A stretch of DNA of 64,000 bases from Phoronis australis (Eukaryota > Animalia > Phoronida). A model generated the notes under the pieces. The model was not told where the DNA came from. It saw nothing but the letters and a program-made list of their open reading frames with translations, and made no database searches. Each line of letters opens with the position of its first letter. Positions within the stretch are counted from its first letter, which is position 1. The position numbers and the translations under genes were made by a program. Location of the stretch: assembly GCA_002633005.1 (NCBI GenBank), contig NMRA01000353.1, positions 9,625-73,624 on the forward strand, in the 5' to 3' direction. Shown in pieces: positions 50,587 through 63,548 of this stretch.

Positions 50587-51060
50587 ATAAAGTACTTTAA
50601 TGTTAAAACAGCATCATTTTCTAGTGTTTTGAGAACATAACGTTGTTTTTCGTGAACTGTATCGTGTTTTACATACAAAATTCATATATTTTGTTTATGT
50701 CAGGTTCATTCATTATTTTTTTGATTAACTGTTAGTTGTTAATATTCGTTTATTGTTTGTTTGATGAAGGTGTTGTTTTTGATATTTACTGTGTTTATTT
50801 TGCTTGTTAGTCATCTGGACATTCCATTTGATTTGTGGCATTGCATTACCGCAATCCTCGCAAAGGCTCACAATAAAGTACTCCATTGCTAAAACCGAAT
50901 CGTTTTCTAGTGTTGAGGAAAATACGTAGTGCTTTGAGAAACTAACGTTTGTTTTTGATGAACCGGGATTTGTTTTTCACATCCGTGTTGTAATTTGTTG
51001 TTATGATGTTGAAATGTTACTTGTTTGATGAGCACGTTAATTGTTATTACAGTTCACACT
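50587..51060. repeat. Diverged tandem duplication (~285 bp period)
   Basis: ataaagtact..aaaac..ttttctagtgtt..tttgagaa..taacgtt..gaac at ~50587 and ~50872. Confidence 0.55.
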
Positions 51061-54000
51061 AAGTGTTTTGCTTATTATTCTGCTAGTTTTTCGGGTAATT
51101 CTTTTTTCATTATGTTGTCTTCGCTTGAAATTTCATTGTTGGGTCTTTTGCTGGATGGTTTCTTGTACTTAACAGTTTATGCTGCTATTCCTACAAGCGT
51201 TGTAACCACTGTTCTGTTGAAAAGTTGTAATAAAAATAAATGGAAACACAATTTTCAGAGTGGTTTTGCGAAGCTCGAGATTTCATGAAGATAATCCGCC
51301 AGATGTACCCGGACAACACGTTGTATATATAACTAAGGTTAACTTACGAGCAATGAGCTGTAACTGTTGAAGGTCATTGGTACAAGGAAACTTTTTGTCT
51401 GAGTCTGTCCAAGTTCAGTCGACGCATGTATTCGCATGGTGGCATTATAGCTTTCGGAAAACGAACTGGGATTTTTCCGATTTTTCAAGAAGATTTAATT
51501 AAAGCTTGCTTTGAAAGTGACTACATTGTGAACAAGATTGAACCTTTTTTGTATCATTGCATAACACCACCGTGAACTCAATATCATAAAAACTAAATTA
51601 CAAAAGAACAGAGACTTCAATTGAAAGTGAACTCCACGGACTTGAGTGTGACAAAAGAAAGCACCGAACTCCAGAGTGGAGTTTCCACCAATATGCAAGC
51701 TTCATGTTCAATCTCGTGCCATGTTGGCGCTTCTCTGATATCCCAAAAGTGCAGAGAGCTACATCTTGTCAGCAACTGAGTTGTCACAACTGTCACACAC
51801 ACAGCTCTATTGTTTAACATATATACCATATTCCATGGAAAACCAGCAGTAATGTCGCACGACTTATCGACCTAAAGGAGGATGAATAATGCTGTGATTG
51901 GTTGTATCTATTCTGCGTAATATGAATCGACCAATCAATTATCATTACTGGAGATCAGCGAATTAAAAGTATACCAAACCCGGTTTTGGCATATTACCAG
52001 ATACTGGAAACGACCTTCCCATCAATTCTTCATCAATAAAATAATTCTCTGTAGTCATCGACAAACCTCAACAGTTCGGAAATAACTTTGAGAACTCCGC
52101 ACAAAGGCGGACAAGCGTGACCTACGCTTTAGACGTGTTGCTGTAGGGAAAGGCCACCCAACCATAATATTCAATGTATGACACAGAGAATATGAGTTTT
52201 TAGTTAAATCATGCGTTTTACTACTTTACTACTCATGTGGGACGCAAATAACGCATGCGTCGACAAAACGGGTTTGTTGTCCATTTAACATATCGACAGA
52301 TAGATTTTGCGGGTGTTGTAATTTGACTGCTGGTCGACTGGTGGGATTTATTTGGTATTTTGATACACAAGTGGAGATTTTAAGCACTTCAAAGACCCAA
52401 GGAAATGTATGTTTCTGAGAAGCTCTGCTACAATGCACAATAATAAGAATTGAGCATAGTACACATATACACACATATAGGCCTATATATATATATATAT
52501 ATATGTGATATGTATGTGTATAGGTTTGAATATCCCCTATAAGAGTGTAAATACGGGCATTCAATAATACGCCGTGAAATATGAAAAAGTAGAGGTCATA
52601 TTTCGTGGTTGGTATCTGTACATTTTCCTGATAGAATGAATTCGAAATTCGCGTGTACAACTGCAATTTTTCCCTAAGCTCAGTCATTTGGGTTACCTGA
52701 AATACTCATTCAAGGCGTCCTTCTTGAAAAAGTAGTTTCACTGGTGTAAAAGCTAAAAACTTTTAAACTCGATGAAAATTCCGACGGACAGTCATCAGGC
52801 GGCTGTTTAAAGAGGACTGAAACGCGACAAACAGACTAAATTGCATCATTGAAAGTGGTTCTCTGCTACTGAAGCAGAATTCAACCTGCTCACCAAGTGT
52901 TTTTAGGGTTTGTTCGTAAAGATTTTTAATTTGTTTTGATATCAAAGCATTTTTTAATTTCGATTTTCATAAAAACTGATTCAACTGCTCGCCACTTCGT
53001 CGATTTTTCTCCCACAAGGCAAAGCACGTCTCCTTATTCGGTATACCAAGACATAGACCTTTACTTGTGACCTTTGACCTCAAGTCACTTTACGCAACTG
53101 ACAGTGAGTGCATGCGCGCATTTATCATAACTGGTAACCACAATTTTTTCCTCTGCGCGTATTTCAAAAATTGTGAATTTTGTGAATTTTTCTGGAAATT
53201 TCCTCACAGAGGAATGTGCATTACTCTGTACTAGACGTTGTGAGACAGTACTTGTGTCATGAATTGTTTAAAAGATATTTTGACGAGCTTTTGCGCTACA
53301 CGCCTCCAGCCATGCTAGTTTTAATCTAGGCAATCATATATTGCTTAGTACATAGCGTCTCCAACAAAACCTGCCACAATCTAATTGAATGGATACATAC
53401 AGAGCATCTAATTGAGAAATAAGGTATTCACAGGAACATGTAAATTACTATCTAGTATGTTTTTTCTTGACAAAGTTGTCTGCTCGCACCGTTCCTCGAC
53501 TCCCTTTAGATGCGTAGCATAAACTCTGCTTTAGATTTGCTTTACAGTTCTTACCTCAAGTTTTCCAAATCAGTACAGTTTCCACCGCTATTTACTAGTG
53601 TTTTGGTCGACATGGAGGCTACTTGCTACTTCCATTAGAGAAGTTAAGACGTAATTACACCTAGAAAACTAAGAGTTCCATCGAAGCTAAAACGACACAG
53701 TTCTTCAGTTAATGCTCCAATTTTTATATTCCGGAATGGGTTTTTTCTAAGTTGCTGACAAACTTATGTTATCATTGCATGGTTCATTGTTTTAACTTGA
53801 GTATTTCTGAATCACAAAATGACAATTCTTACAAATTTATTGCCGGTACAAAATAAAACTTCACGAGTTATTCAGGGATACTCTTGTCGCTTAACCGACG
53901 CGGGTGTGCTTGACATATATACATTGTATGACGTCAAAGGACAGAAAGACAAAGTACATATTAACTAGACATTGGCGCCTTCCAAATAAGTTCAAATATA

Positions 54001-55024
54001 CATGTATGTCATCAATAGGTTATCTACATTCACACCCCTGCGATACATTGTCTTGAATTCATTATTATACATATACATTTGCAAGCTGGGTATACATCAG
54101 TGCGTACAGACGAATGGCATTGCATATACATTTGAAATTTGTTAAACACAGCGATTCATTTGTTTTTTCATGGCCTTGTGAGAGATCTTCAAAAGTAGAA
54201 GGAAGGCTAAAGGCAACGTTTGCTGCCTCGCTGGTTTAATTTTACTCAACAATAAAGTCAAGTATCAGTTGACTGGAAAAATGACGGCGGATGAATGGTT
54301 ACTGATAATTATGCGCTTCATTGAGCGATCCCGGCCGAAACAGATCAGCTAGTTCTAAGAATGTCTCAATTTTTTGTGCAAAAATGGCAGAAATCGAGAG
54401 CGATTACGTCAGTAAGTTAGGGAAGCTCATCTCATGTTTTCTCTGTCCGAATATAATCCGATGGCTATCTACAGCAACGCTGTTCAATTGTATATGGAAG
54501 TTCAAATTGTTAATGACCAAGTAGACCATAAGTAAAACTATCTTCTCTGGGAAGAGTTCGTCACAGTTTCGTTTTCGCTTGGTTTGTCTTTCATGGTTGC
54601 TTCTTACAGTTTAGCATAGTCTCCGCGCGAGACGAGACAGCTGTTGGGACCGAGAAAGCCGGATGTATATGTCTCCCCCAAACAGCACTGGTTCCGCGTT
54701 CCCGTCGAGCCATACCGCCATCATATTAGCTAGCTAGTGTTTTTAGTTCGTTTGTATGTATACAGGTGATGGCCGCACCTTAATTGTTTTCATTTATTCA
54801 TTTTTTGCATTTGTTTGATTTTTTTTATTACGGCCGGTTGGGCAGGACTGTGTAAGTTGTTCGATTCACTGCATGGTGTTTGGATAGTTTTCTTTGTGTC
54901 GTTATTAGTTTGATTTTGATATCGATATGTTTAAGTCGTTTGAAGTTCACCCCTGTTTGTTTTATTTTTTTATTATCAGCATGCACGACGGGTACGTGAC
55001 ATGATCTGAGGCAGCTAGGGGGAG

Positions 55025-56150
55025 TGTAACAGGAGTGCCCTGGACATGATTATGTAAATAAGATATATGCGCCCTCTAGTGGTCAAGCTGTGTATTACGT
55101 ATGGAATTTTCCTGTGATTCTTGGGTCCTTTGCATGGATGGCCAAATATGGTCAGAACGTAGGAGTTATGGGCCTTGCCCGTCAGATCGTGTCTGATTGG
55201 TTGAAGTTGTGTACTTATAAGCTTTGTCTCTGTCAGAGCACTAAGGGTTCGGGCCCTGCGCTACTGGTAACTGTTCCGAAGGGGCGACGGGGCAGTATAA
55301 AGACAACCAAATTTCGTGACAACCTGCTACCGGAGCACTGAGGGTTCGGGCCCTGTGCCACTGGTAACTGTTCCGAAGGGGCGTCGGGGCAGTATAAAGA
55401 CAACGAAGAAAAAAAATGTCCCGACGGGACAGTATAAAGACAAGCAATCAGTAGCATGACAGCTGTTGCCAACCGTGAACAAGCCGGCTTCATGTGAATC
55501 AAACCTCTACGATGTCAATAACGCTGTTGCCATCCAGCCAGCGTCTCGTCTCCAGAAGAAGATCAAGCACACCACCTCTACCACCACCGGTCTACCAGGT
55601 CCTGCCCTCGATCCGCGTCCACACCAACCACAGCAAGGACAGAAGGCGAGATCCTCCGATCTCGCGAAACTGTCTGAGGGCTTCGCCCTCATCTACTCTC
55701 ATCATTCACACGAGGAGTCCAATCGGAGGAGTTCAAGAAGTAAACACTTACACCGTCACTCACACCAAATTGCAACTATTTGTGCAGCTTTCGGGCTCCC
55801 CGGCCGAACTTGGTTGCCAATAGTTTAGCCCCAGCAATTCTCGGACTCCTCCCGAGCTTGACTGCTCTCACCTTTCGGACCTGAATAACCAAATTGCCAT
55901 TTCTTGCACACACACACAACTATTAATCAGCGACTGGCCTTCCCGTGTATTAGAACTGTATAGATCACAACGCGACACTAAATCATGGAACAACTGGATT
56001 GCTTGTAAGTGTGAAATATTATATTTATATATTCTTACAATAAACCTATGTATTATTCACCAACTTTTAGTTTTCAATATCGGGCGTCAGTCCGCACCGG
56101 GCTCGTAAAATCGGGGCGCCTTGGTCGTAGATACCGCGCGCCTCGTTACA
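55025..56150 (+). mobile_element. Probable solo LTR
   Basis: TGTAAC...GTTACA termini; TATA-like cttataag (~55214); AATAAA (~56039); internal tandem repeats; no TSD seen. Confidence 0.65.
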
Positions 56151-56890
56151 CAGGAAAACCCCCGGGCATGATCCTACCTAGGTACGGGATTCCTCCTCGC
56201 AAGTAGAGAGAAAGAGAGAGAGAGAGAGAAAGAGCGGCACAGAGGGTGTCAGGTTTATTAACATAAGTAATATTAGCTCATAATACAATTTACAGAGTAC
56301 AATACAACAAACAAAAACATGATCACAAGCCGCAAAGTATAGGCCATATGTGCGCAAGCCTGTGACTGACGGGCGACTCATATATGAAGTAAATTTAATT
56401 GCAATTCATTTATCAATGTCTAACAGAACAATGACAATTGACCAAAATTGTTAAATTATCACACACTTAGAGAACTTCTCAGTATTTTGAGGCTTATTTT
56501 ACAGCTGTGCTTTACTGTCTTCGTTACTGAGGGAAGAAATGTCACGGGCCCGGGAAGTTATTTTATGCCTTAGACATAAAATAACTTCCTCTCAATACCG
56601 CGCATGCGCAACAGGGTCGGAGTGGGAAGAAATATTCACGGGGAAGAAATTTTACGTGACACCAGAAATACGTGACACCGGAAAGGCTCGCTCACACCAA
56701 ACAGTCGAATAACAATGCAATGGCGGAAATAATTCTTTATTTTGATACATAAAGGAGACGACAAATACGGATTTTCTCATCTACAAGGATTATAATTACT
56801 ATTTTTAAGAACTTAGTCCTAACTGCTACAAAACTCATTCAAATTACAACAATGACGAAACGTTTTTCTGCGGGTTTTTTGCGCGGATAC

Positions 56891-57131
56891 TGTAGTGAAA
56901 ACCTCTTTCAAACACAACTCTGTGTTACGGTTTTACGTGGGTTTATTCTAGAGATCTACAAGATACATCTATCTATTCACTATGCTGTCTAACCCTCAAC
57001 TGAAAACTTGTTTGTCAGAACTAAAGATCATATGCTCATGAGTCACTCAGATTTCAGAGATTCTAGATACCAGTGCCGTATAAGGTTATGTTTTGGACTC
57101 TGCAAGTTTAATGAAAACCACGAACATAACA
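56891..57131 (-). repeat. 3' LTR, with polypurine tract at 57132-57142
   Basis: Matches 62553-62820; agaagggagga on the minus strand directly precedes TGTTATG. Confidence 0.92.
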
Positions 57132-57437
57132 TCCTCCCTTCTCTGAAAGTTCTTACTCATGGTCCAGTGTTTATATCTCAAGTTCTCCAGTCTGTCTTCA
57201 GCCACAGTGCATATCATCCAGTGGTGTCCAGTTAAGTTAATAGAAAACAGATGTCTTCAGTTTATCATAAGACGATTTCGGCGAACAACACTTGTCGGGG
57301 TTTCAATAGAGTACGATCGCTCGTCAAGCCGTTTCAAAATAGTACCTTTGGTCCATTCTTTCTGACCAAGTGTAAAGGGTTGCAAACGCACAGAATCTCC
57401 CTCTGCCAAAACAGGCAACTCTTTTGCGGATTTGTTA

Positions 57438-60400
57438 TTAATAGTGCGCTTGTTTGTGTTGCTGACGCTTCAGGTCGCGATCTGTGTGCTTCTGACTAAC
57501 TACTTCAGGTTTGAGTAATGAAGTGGCTGTAGGCAGCAATGTTTTGGTCCTTCTACTCATCAAGCGTTGTGCGGGACTACATAACAAACCTTGGGTAGGA
57601 GTGTTTCTGTGATCTAGCATAGCTAAATAAACATCACTACCGGAATCGTTACACTTCCTGAATATGCGCTTAGCAGTTTTCACGGCAGACTCTGGTTTAC
57701 CGTTGGCTTTACTGTTGCCAGGACTGCTAGTTGCGTGAACAATATCCCATGATTTGCAAAATCTTAAAAAATCATGGCACGAATATTGCGGACCATTGTC
57801 GAACACGATGGTGTCTGGAATACCATGTCACGAGAAGTGTGCTTTGAGCTTCTCAATTACAGCTGTTGCGCTCGTGCTGTAAAGTCGATCTACTTCCCAG
57901 AAATTACTGTAATAGTCAACAACTATCAAACATTCTCTGCCATTGAATGTGAATAAATCTGTTGCAACTTTAGCCCATGATCTGTCAGGAAGATCATGAC
58001 TCATCAATGGTTCTGGGGGGTTTGCCGTCTCGAATTTTCTGCATGTGTCGCAGCCAGAGATGTAGTCTCTTATCTCTGCTGTCATATTCGGCCAGTTGAT
58101 AGATTCTCTTGCCCGTCTCAGGCATCCATCTATTCCAAGATGTGAGGAGTGAATCTTTTCTTTGAGTATACGCCTTTGGCTGGCTGGCACCACAACGCGT
58201 TCACCTCTAAAAAGTATACCATCATGTATAGCCAGCTCATCTCTGACAGAGAAATACGGTTGCGCCAGTGGTGATACTCGTGCTTTTTCGTCAGGCCAGC
58301 CTTCTTGGATGACTGATTTCAAAACAGTCAAACTTTGATCAGCCTATGTTGCTCTTCTGATTGCTTCCAGTCGCGAATCAGTTATTGTGACGAACTGTGT
58401 GGCATTCACACATTCAAACTCATTTCTGTTGTGCCACTCTGTTGTAGGCATATAGGCTCTAGATAAAGTATCAGCGAGATACATTTGCTTCCCTTGGCAG
58501 TATGTTACCACTAGATCATACTTTTGTAGTCGCATCATCATGCCTTGAAGTCGCTTCGGTGCACAGGCAAGGCTTTTCTTCATGATGCTTTCAAGTGTTT
58601 TATGATCGCTGATCACATGGGTCGTTCTCCCAAGCGTGTACTGGTGGAATTTCTCCACACTCCAGGTTATCGCGAGCATTTCTTTTTCTAGTTGGGCATA
58701 GCGCGTTTCTACGTCACTCAATGCTCTGCTCACAAATGCTAGCGGCTGACCCTCTTGAAGCAGTGCCGCTCCAAGTCCAGTCTTACTAGCGTCGCACTGG
58801 ATCGAAAGCTCTTTCGCTGGGTCATAAAATCTCAGTACAGGTGCCTCTGACACAAGTTTCTTCACTTGCGTGAGTGCACTTTCTTGTGCGTCGGACCACG
58901 TCCACGGCACATTCTTGCGTGTCAACTGCCTAATAGGTTCCATTACATCTGACAGTCTAGGTAGGAATTTAGCTAGGTAATTCACAAATCCATTCAGTCG
59001 TCTGCCTTCAATATCGGTTGGTCTTGGCATTTCTTGTACTGCTGTCACTTTCGCAGGGTCAGGCTTCAGACCACCTTGTGTGACCATGTGTCCAAGAAAA
59101 GGTACTGACTTTTGTCGTATTCACATTTTAGCTCGGTTGAGACGTATTCCAACTTCTCTGCACCCCTGAAATAGTTTTTCAAGCTTGTCGTCATGGTTCT
59201 TAGTGGCTTCTTCGTCGTTGTTTCCGGATCCATAAATCATCAGGTCATCCGCAACGCATACGACTCCTTGTAAGTCACCAACGCAGCTATACAGATGCTT
59301 TGCGAACAATTCGCTGCTGACATTTGTACCAAATGGAAGACGTAACCATCGAAATCTACCAAACGGTGTACCGAATGTTGTCAGGTAAGAAGATTCCTCA
59401 TCAAGCACCACATGCCAATAGCCGGATTTCAGGTCAACAGTCGAGATAATTCTTGCTTTCGTCAGCTCTGGCACAACATCATCAAGGGTAGGTAAGTAGA
59501 AGTGTTCTCTTTTCAGAGCCTTGTTCAAGGGTCGGGGATCTATGCATATTCTGAGATCGCCTGATTTCTTTGTCGCTACCACGAGACTGTTTACTCAATC
59601 GGTTGGCTTATTCAAGGGGGCTAGTACCTTCTGCTTGGTCAGCTTATCTAATTCCAGTTTAAATTTAGACTTCAACATTGCTGGAAGGCGTCTGGCAGGC
59701 ATAACAACTGGAGTTACGGCAGCATCAACTTCCAGGTGTACCACACCAGGTAGTGTACCAATATCATCATTGAAAATGTCTGCATATTTCTCAAGCAGAT
59801 CGCCACGATTCTCAATGCTACACATATTTTCACTATTCACAGTGATCAGACCCATCTGTTTGCATGCGTCGGCTCCTAGAATGGGCGTCAAATTCTCTGA
59901 CATCACACAGAATTCGAAGTTGTAGCATATACCATTGGCAGGATTCTCAATTTTGGCTGTACCCTCTCCTAATGGTTTGATTCCTTCTGAACCGCACCAC
60001 CCGAATAGCTTCTTCGCTTTGGGCCTTAGCCTCATTTTAGGGACATACTTAGCAGGGATTGCATTCACTGATGCACCACAATCTATTTGAAAGCGAATAT
60101 TCTGTCCGTTTACTTTCATTGTCACATAGATTAGCTTATCAGACTCGACAGCATTTACGTTAACGGAGTTGAGATAGCCATCATCACTGTCTTCACCAAC
60201 AGTGTTCACATTGCGTTTAGGTTTTCTCACTTACAAACAGCCGCAAAGTGATTTCGGTTGCCGCATGCTTTGCAGGTTTGTCCATAAGCCGGACACAATT
60301 CTTTTCTCAAAGCATGCATTTTGGCACAGAATTGACATTTCTTAATGTTCCTAGCCTTCTCCTCTTTCTTAGGCTTAGTGCGCTTAACTGTGCGGACCTC

Positions 60401-60844
60401 AGTCGCAAGTGACATTGATTTCAACCTGGCAGCCGTTGCCTCAGTAGCTCTGCACATGTCAATGCACTTGGTCAGGCTCAAATCTTGAACCTCTAACAAA
60501 GCTTTTCTCCGCAGTACATCGTTGTCAATGCCCGTTACAATTCTGTCTCTGAGCAGGGTGTCTTTCATGCAGTCGCAGAATTGACAGTTGCGCTGCAAAT
60601 GTCGTAGGTTTGTCAAGAAAACATCAAAAGACTCACCTTGCTGCCTCAACGAGTTGAACAAATACCTTTCATATGTGACGTTGGTCTGTCCAATGATATA
60701 GTCGTCAAAGCGTGTAATGGTTCTTGCGACAGTCTTCTCACCATTGAATGTGAAGCCGTTGTAAATTCTCAGAGCGTCCGTGCCAATGCAGTTTAAAAAC
60801 ATTGCCAGTTTATCATGTACTCTTCAGATTGTCCATCGAGCTTT
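57438..60844 (-). pseudogene. Gypsy gag(part)-protease-RT-RNase H-integrase, frameshifted
   Basis: CKACGNRNHFAAVC, FQIDCGAS, DLKSGYW, LPFG, VADD, CDASKTGLGA, YAQLEKE, HSSHLG, DYYS, DNGPQY. Confidence 0.93.
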
Positions 60845-60976
60845 CCCTTACAAAAATGAACTTAAGTTTTCATCGAAAAACTTAAGTTTTTGGTCTGAAA
60901 AACTTAAGTTTTCATTCCCGNACCACATGCCAATAGCCGGATTTCAGGTCAACAGTCGAGATAATTCTTGCTTTCG

Positions 60977-62467
60977 TCAGCTCTGGCAAAACATCATTAA
61001 GTAGAAGTGTTCTCTTTTCAGAGCCTTGTTCAAGGGTCGGGGATCTATGCATATTCTGAGATCGCCTGATTTCTTTGTCGCTACCACGAGACTGCTTACC
61101 CAATCGGTTGGCTTATTCACGGGCGCTAGTACCTTTTGGTCGGTCAGCTTATCCAATTCCAGTTTTAATTTAGGCTTCAACATTGCTGGAAGTTGTCTGG
61201 CAGGCATAACAACTGGAGTTACGGCAGTATCAACTTCCAGGTGTACCACACCAGGTAGTGTTCCAATATCATCATTGAAAATGTCTGCATATTTCCCAAG
61301 CAGATCGCCACGGTTCTCAATGCTACACATATTTTCACTATTCACAGTTATCAGACCCATCTGTTTGCATGTGTCTGCTCCTAGAATGGGCGTCAAATTC
61401 TCTGACATCACACAGAATTCGAAGTTGTAGCATCTACCATTGGCAGGATTCTCAATTTTGGCTGTACCCTCTCCTAATGGTTTGATTCCTTCTGAACCAC
61501 ACCACCCGAATAACTTCTTCGTTGGGGGCTTTAGCCTCATTTTAGGGACATACTTAGCAGGGATTGCATTCACTGATGCACCACAATCTATTTGAAAGCG
61601 AATATTCTGTCCGTTCACTTTCATTGTCGCATAGATTAGCTTATCAGACTCGACAGCATTTACGTTAACGGAGTTGAGATAGCCATCATCACTGTCTTCA
61701 CCAACAGTGTTCACATTGCGTTTAGGTTTTCTCTTACAAACAGCCGCAAAGTGATTTCGGTTGCCGCATGCTTTGCAGGTTTGTCCATAAGCCGGACACA
61801 ATTCTTTGCTCATAGCATGCATTTTGGCACAGAACTGACATTTCTTAATGTTCCTAGCCTTCTGCTCTTTCTTAGGCTTAGTGCGCTTAACTGTGTGGAC
61901 CTCATTCGCATGTGACATTGATTTCAACCTGGCAGCCGTTGCCTCAGTAGCTCTGCACATGTCAATGCACTTGGTCAGGCTCAAATCTTGAACCTCTAAC
62001 AAAGTTTTTCTCAGTTCATCATTGTCAATGCCCGTTACAATTCTGTCTCTGAGCAGGGTGTCTTTCATGCAGTCGCAGAATTGACAGTTGCGCTGCAAAT
62101 GTCGTAGGTTTGTCAAGAAAACATCAAAAGACTCACCTCGCTGCTTCAAAGAGTTGAACAAATACCTTTCATATGTGACGTTGGTCTGTCCAATGATGTA
62201 GTCATCAAAGCGTGTGATGGTTGTTGCGACGGTCTTCTCACCATCGAATGTAAAACCGTTGTAAATTCTCAGAGCGTCCGTGCCAATGCAGTTTAAAAAC
62301 ATTGCCAGTTTATACTCTTCAGGTTGTCCATCGAGCTTTGACAAAAGGGCATAATTAGTCCACTGTTGCCTCCACAGTTCCCACTGTCCGATTCTGTCAG
62401 CGGCGGACAAATCCAGTGTCTGTGGTGGTTTGATTGCGGGTAGGAATTTGTCAGTTCCCTCAGCCAT
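60977..62467 (-). CDS. Second copy of Gypsy gag-protease-RT N-terminus (open until a small deletion near the gap)
   Basis: MAEGTDK..WELWRQQWTNY..LRDRIVTGI..CCHC knuckle..DCGAS..DLRICIDPRPLNKAL. Confidence 0.85.
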   Translation of the reverse strand: MAEGTDKFLPAIKPPQTLDLSAADRIGQWELWRQQWTNYALLSKLDGQPEEYKLAMFLNCIGTDALRIYNGFTFDGEKTVATTITRFDDYIIGQTNVTYERYLFNSLKQRGESFDVFLTNLRHLQRNCQFCDCMKDTLLRDRIVTGIDNDELRKTLLEVQDLSLTKCIDMCRATEATAARLKSMSHANEVHTVKRTKPKKEQKARNIKKCQFCAKMHAMSKELCPAYGQTCKACGNRNHFAAVCKRKPKRNVNTVGEDSDDGYLNSVNVNAVESDKLIYATMKVNGQNIRFQIDCGASVNAIPAKYVPKMRLKPPTKKLFGWCGSEGIKPLGEGTAKIENPANGRCYNFEFCVMSENLTPILGADTCKQMGLITVNSENMCSIENRGDLLGKYADIFNDDIGTLPGVVHLEVDTAVTPVVMPARQLPAMLKPKLKLELDKLTDQKVLAPVNKPTDWVSSLVVATKKSGDLRICIDPRPLNKALKREHFYLMMFCQS

Positions 62468-62541
62468 GTCAGTATCGATGTAGAATGTCTCCAACACTAA
62501 AATCTGTGTTCCACTGGCTTTAACTCTAAAACCAATGAGTT

Positions 62542-62552
62542 CGCTGCCACCA
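62542..62552 (-). other. Primer-binding site, complementary to a tRNA-Leu-type 3' end
   Basis: TGGTGGCAGCG immediately follows the 5' LTR on the minus strand (complement of CGCUGCCA-CCA). Confidence 0.75.
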
Positions 62553-62820
62553 TGTATGAAAACCTCTTTCAAACACAACTCTGTGTTACGGTTTTACGTG
62601 GGTTTATTCTAGAGATCTACAAGATACATCTATTCACTATGCTGTCTAACTCTCAACTGAAAACTTGTTTGTCAGAACTAAAGATCATATGCTCATGAGT
62701 CATAATCAGATTTCAGAGAATTGTTTTGCACAACTTACACAATCTATGATTCTAGCTACCAGTGCCATATAAGGTTATGTTTTGGACTCTGCAAGTTGAA
62801 TGAAAACCACGAACATAACA
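62553..62820 (-). repeat. 5' LTR
   Basis: Matches 56891-57131 with an extra ~28-bp block and a few small differences. Confidence 0.92.
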
Positions 62821-62935
62821 GGGGCCACTGTCTGTACTGGGGCCACTGTGTGTACTGGGGCCACTGTCTGTACTGGGGCCACTGTCTGTACTGGGGCCAC
62901 TGTCTGTACTGGGGCCACTGTCTGTACTGGGGCCA
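62821..62935. repeat. 18-bp minisatellite (ggggccactgtctgtact) x6 plus a partial unit
   Basis: Read directly; one unit has a c>g change. Confidence 0.97.
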
Positions 62936-63548
62936 GTTGAGGCTGTGATACTGTATAGGCTGAAACATTTACTTACACTAAATACTTTGAGCTTTAGCCA
63001 ATCACAGCCGTAGTTGTAGGCTTACCCCTGTACACAGTGTATTGTTGAACTTCTCAGTCAGGGATTACAGCTGTAATAGCGATTACGTTTAGTGAGATTG
63101 TCTTTGGTAATGAAAATGAAATTTCAAATTTGGCATTTCAATCCTTTTTGGTGGTTGTGGTCTAAAAAAGCTAGTCCACACCTGTCAATGAGACTAGGTA
63201 TATTACTGGGTTCCATTTAAGTGATAAAAGTATTGAGTAAAGATCCCTTGTGGAATCAAAAAACCGTACCTTGATGTGCAAAATGTATAACCATTTTGCC
63301 AAGCAGGGGGAGGGGCACCTGGTGTAAAATTTCAGCATTACTGATAGTGTCCTGTAATTTCCCTTCGATGAGTACACAGAGGTGTATCTTGGTGGAAGAG
63401 TCTAATACTCTGAGTGTTCACTACACTGAAAGTTTACTACTCGGAAGGTTTACTGCACTGAATGTTCACTGCCATTACGGCTCAGGCTATTCATAATCCA
63501 TATGGGATAATAAAACAATTATGTTCTCAGTCAGCACCATAAATCTTT

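Larger units (their letters stand above)
56891..62820 (-). mobile_element. Gypsy/Ty3 LTR retrotransposon (composite across an N gap)
   Basis: Similar LTRs at 56891-57131 and 62553-62820 (TG..CA); PBS and PPT; gag-PR-RT-RH-IN order. Confidence 0.95.

Noticed and set aside
55237-55445. CRISPR-like repeat-spacer pattern
   Set aside because: Repeats are ~71 bp with only 2.3 copies, inside a eukaryotic LTR, with no cas genes
62721-62968. Repetitive ORFs (GHCLYW)n and (PQYRQW)n
   Set aside because: Translations of the 18-bp minisatellite
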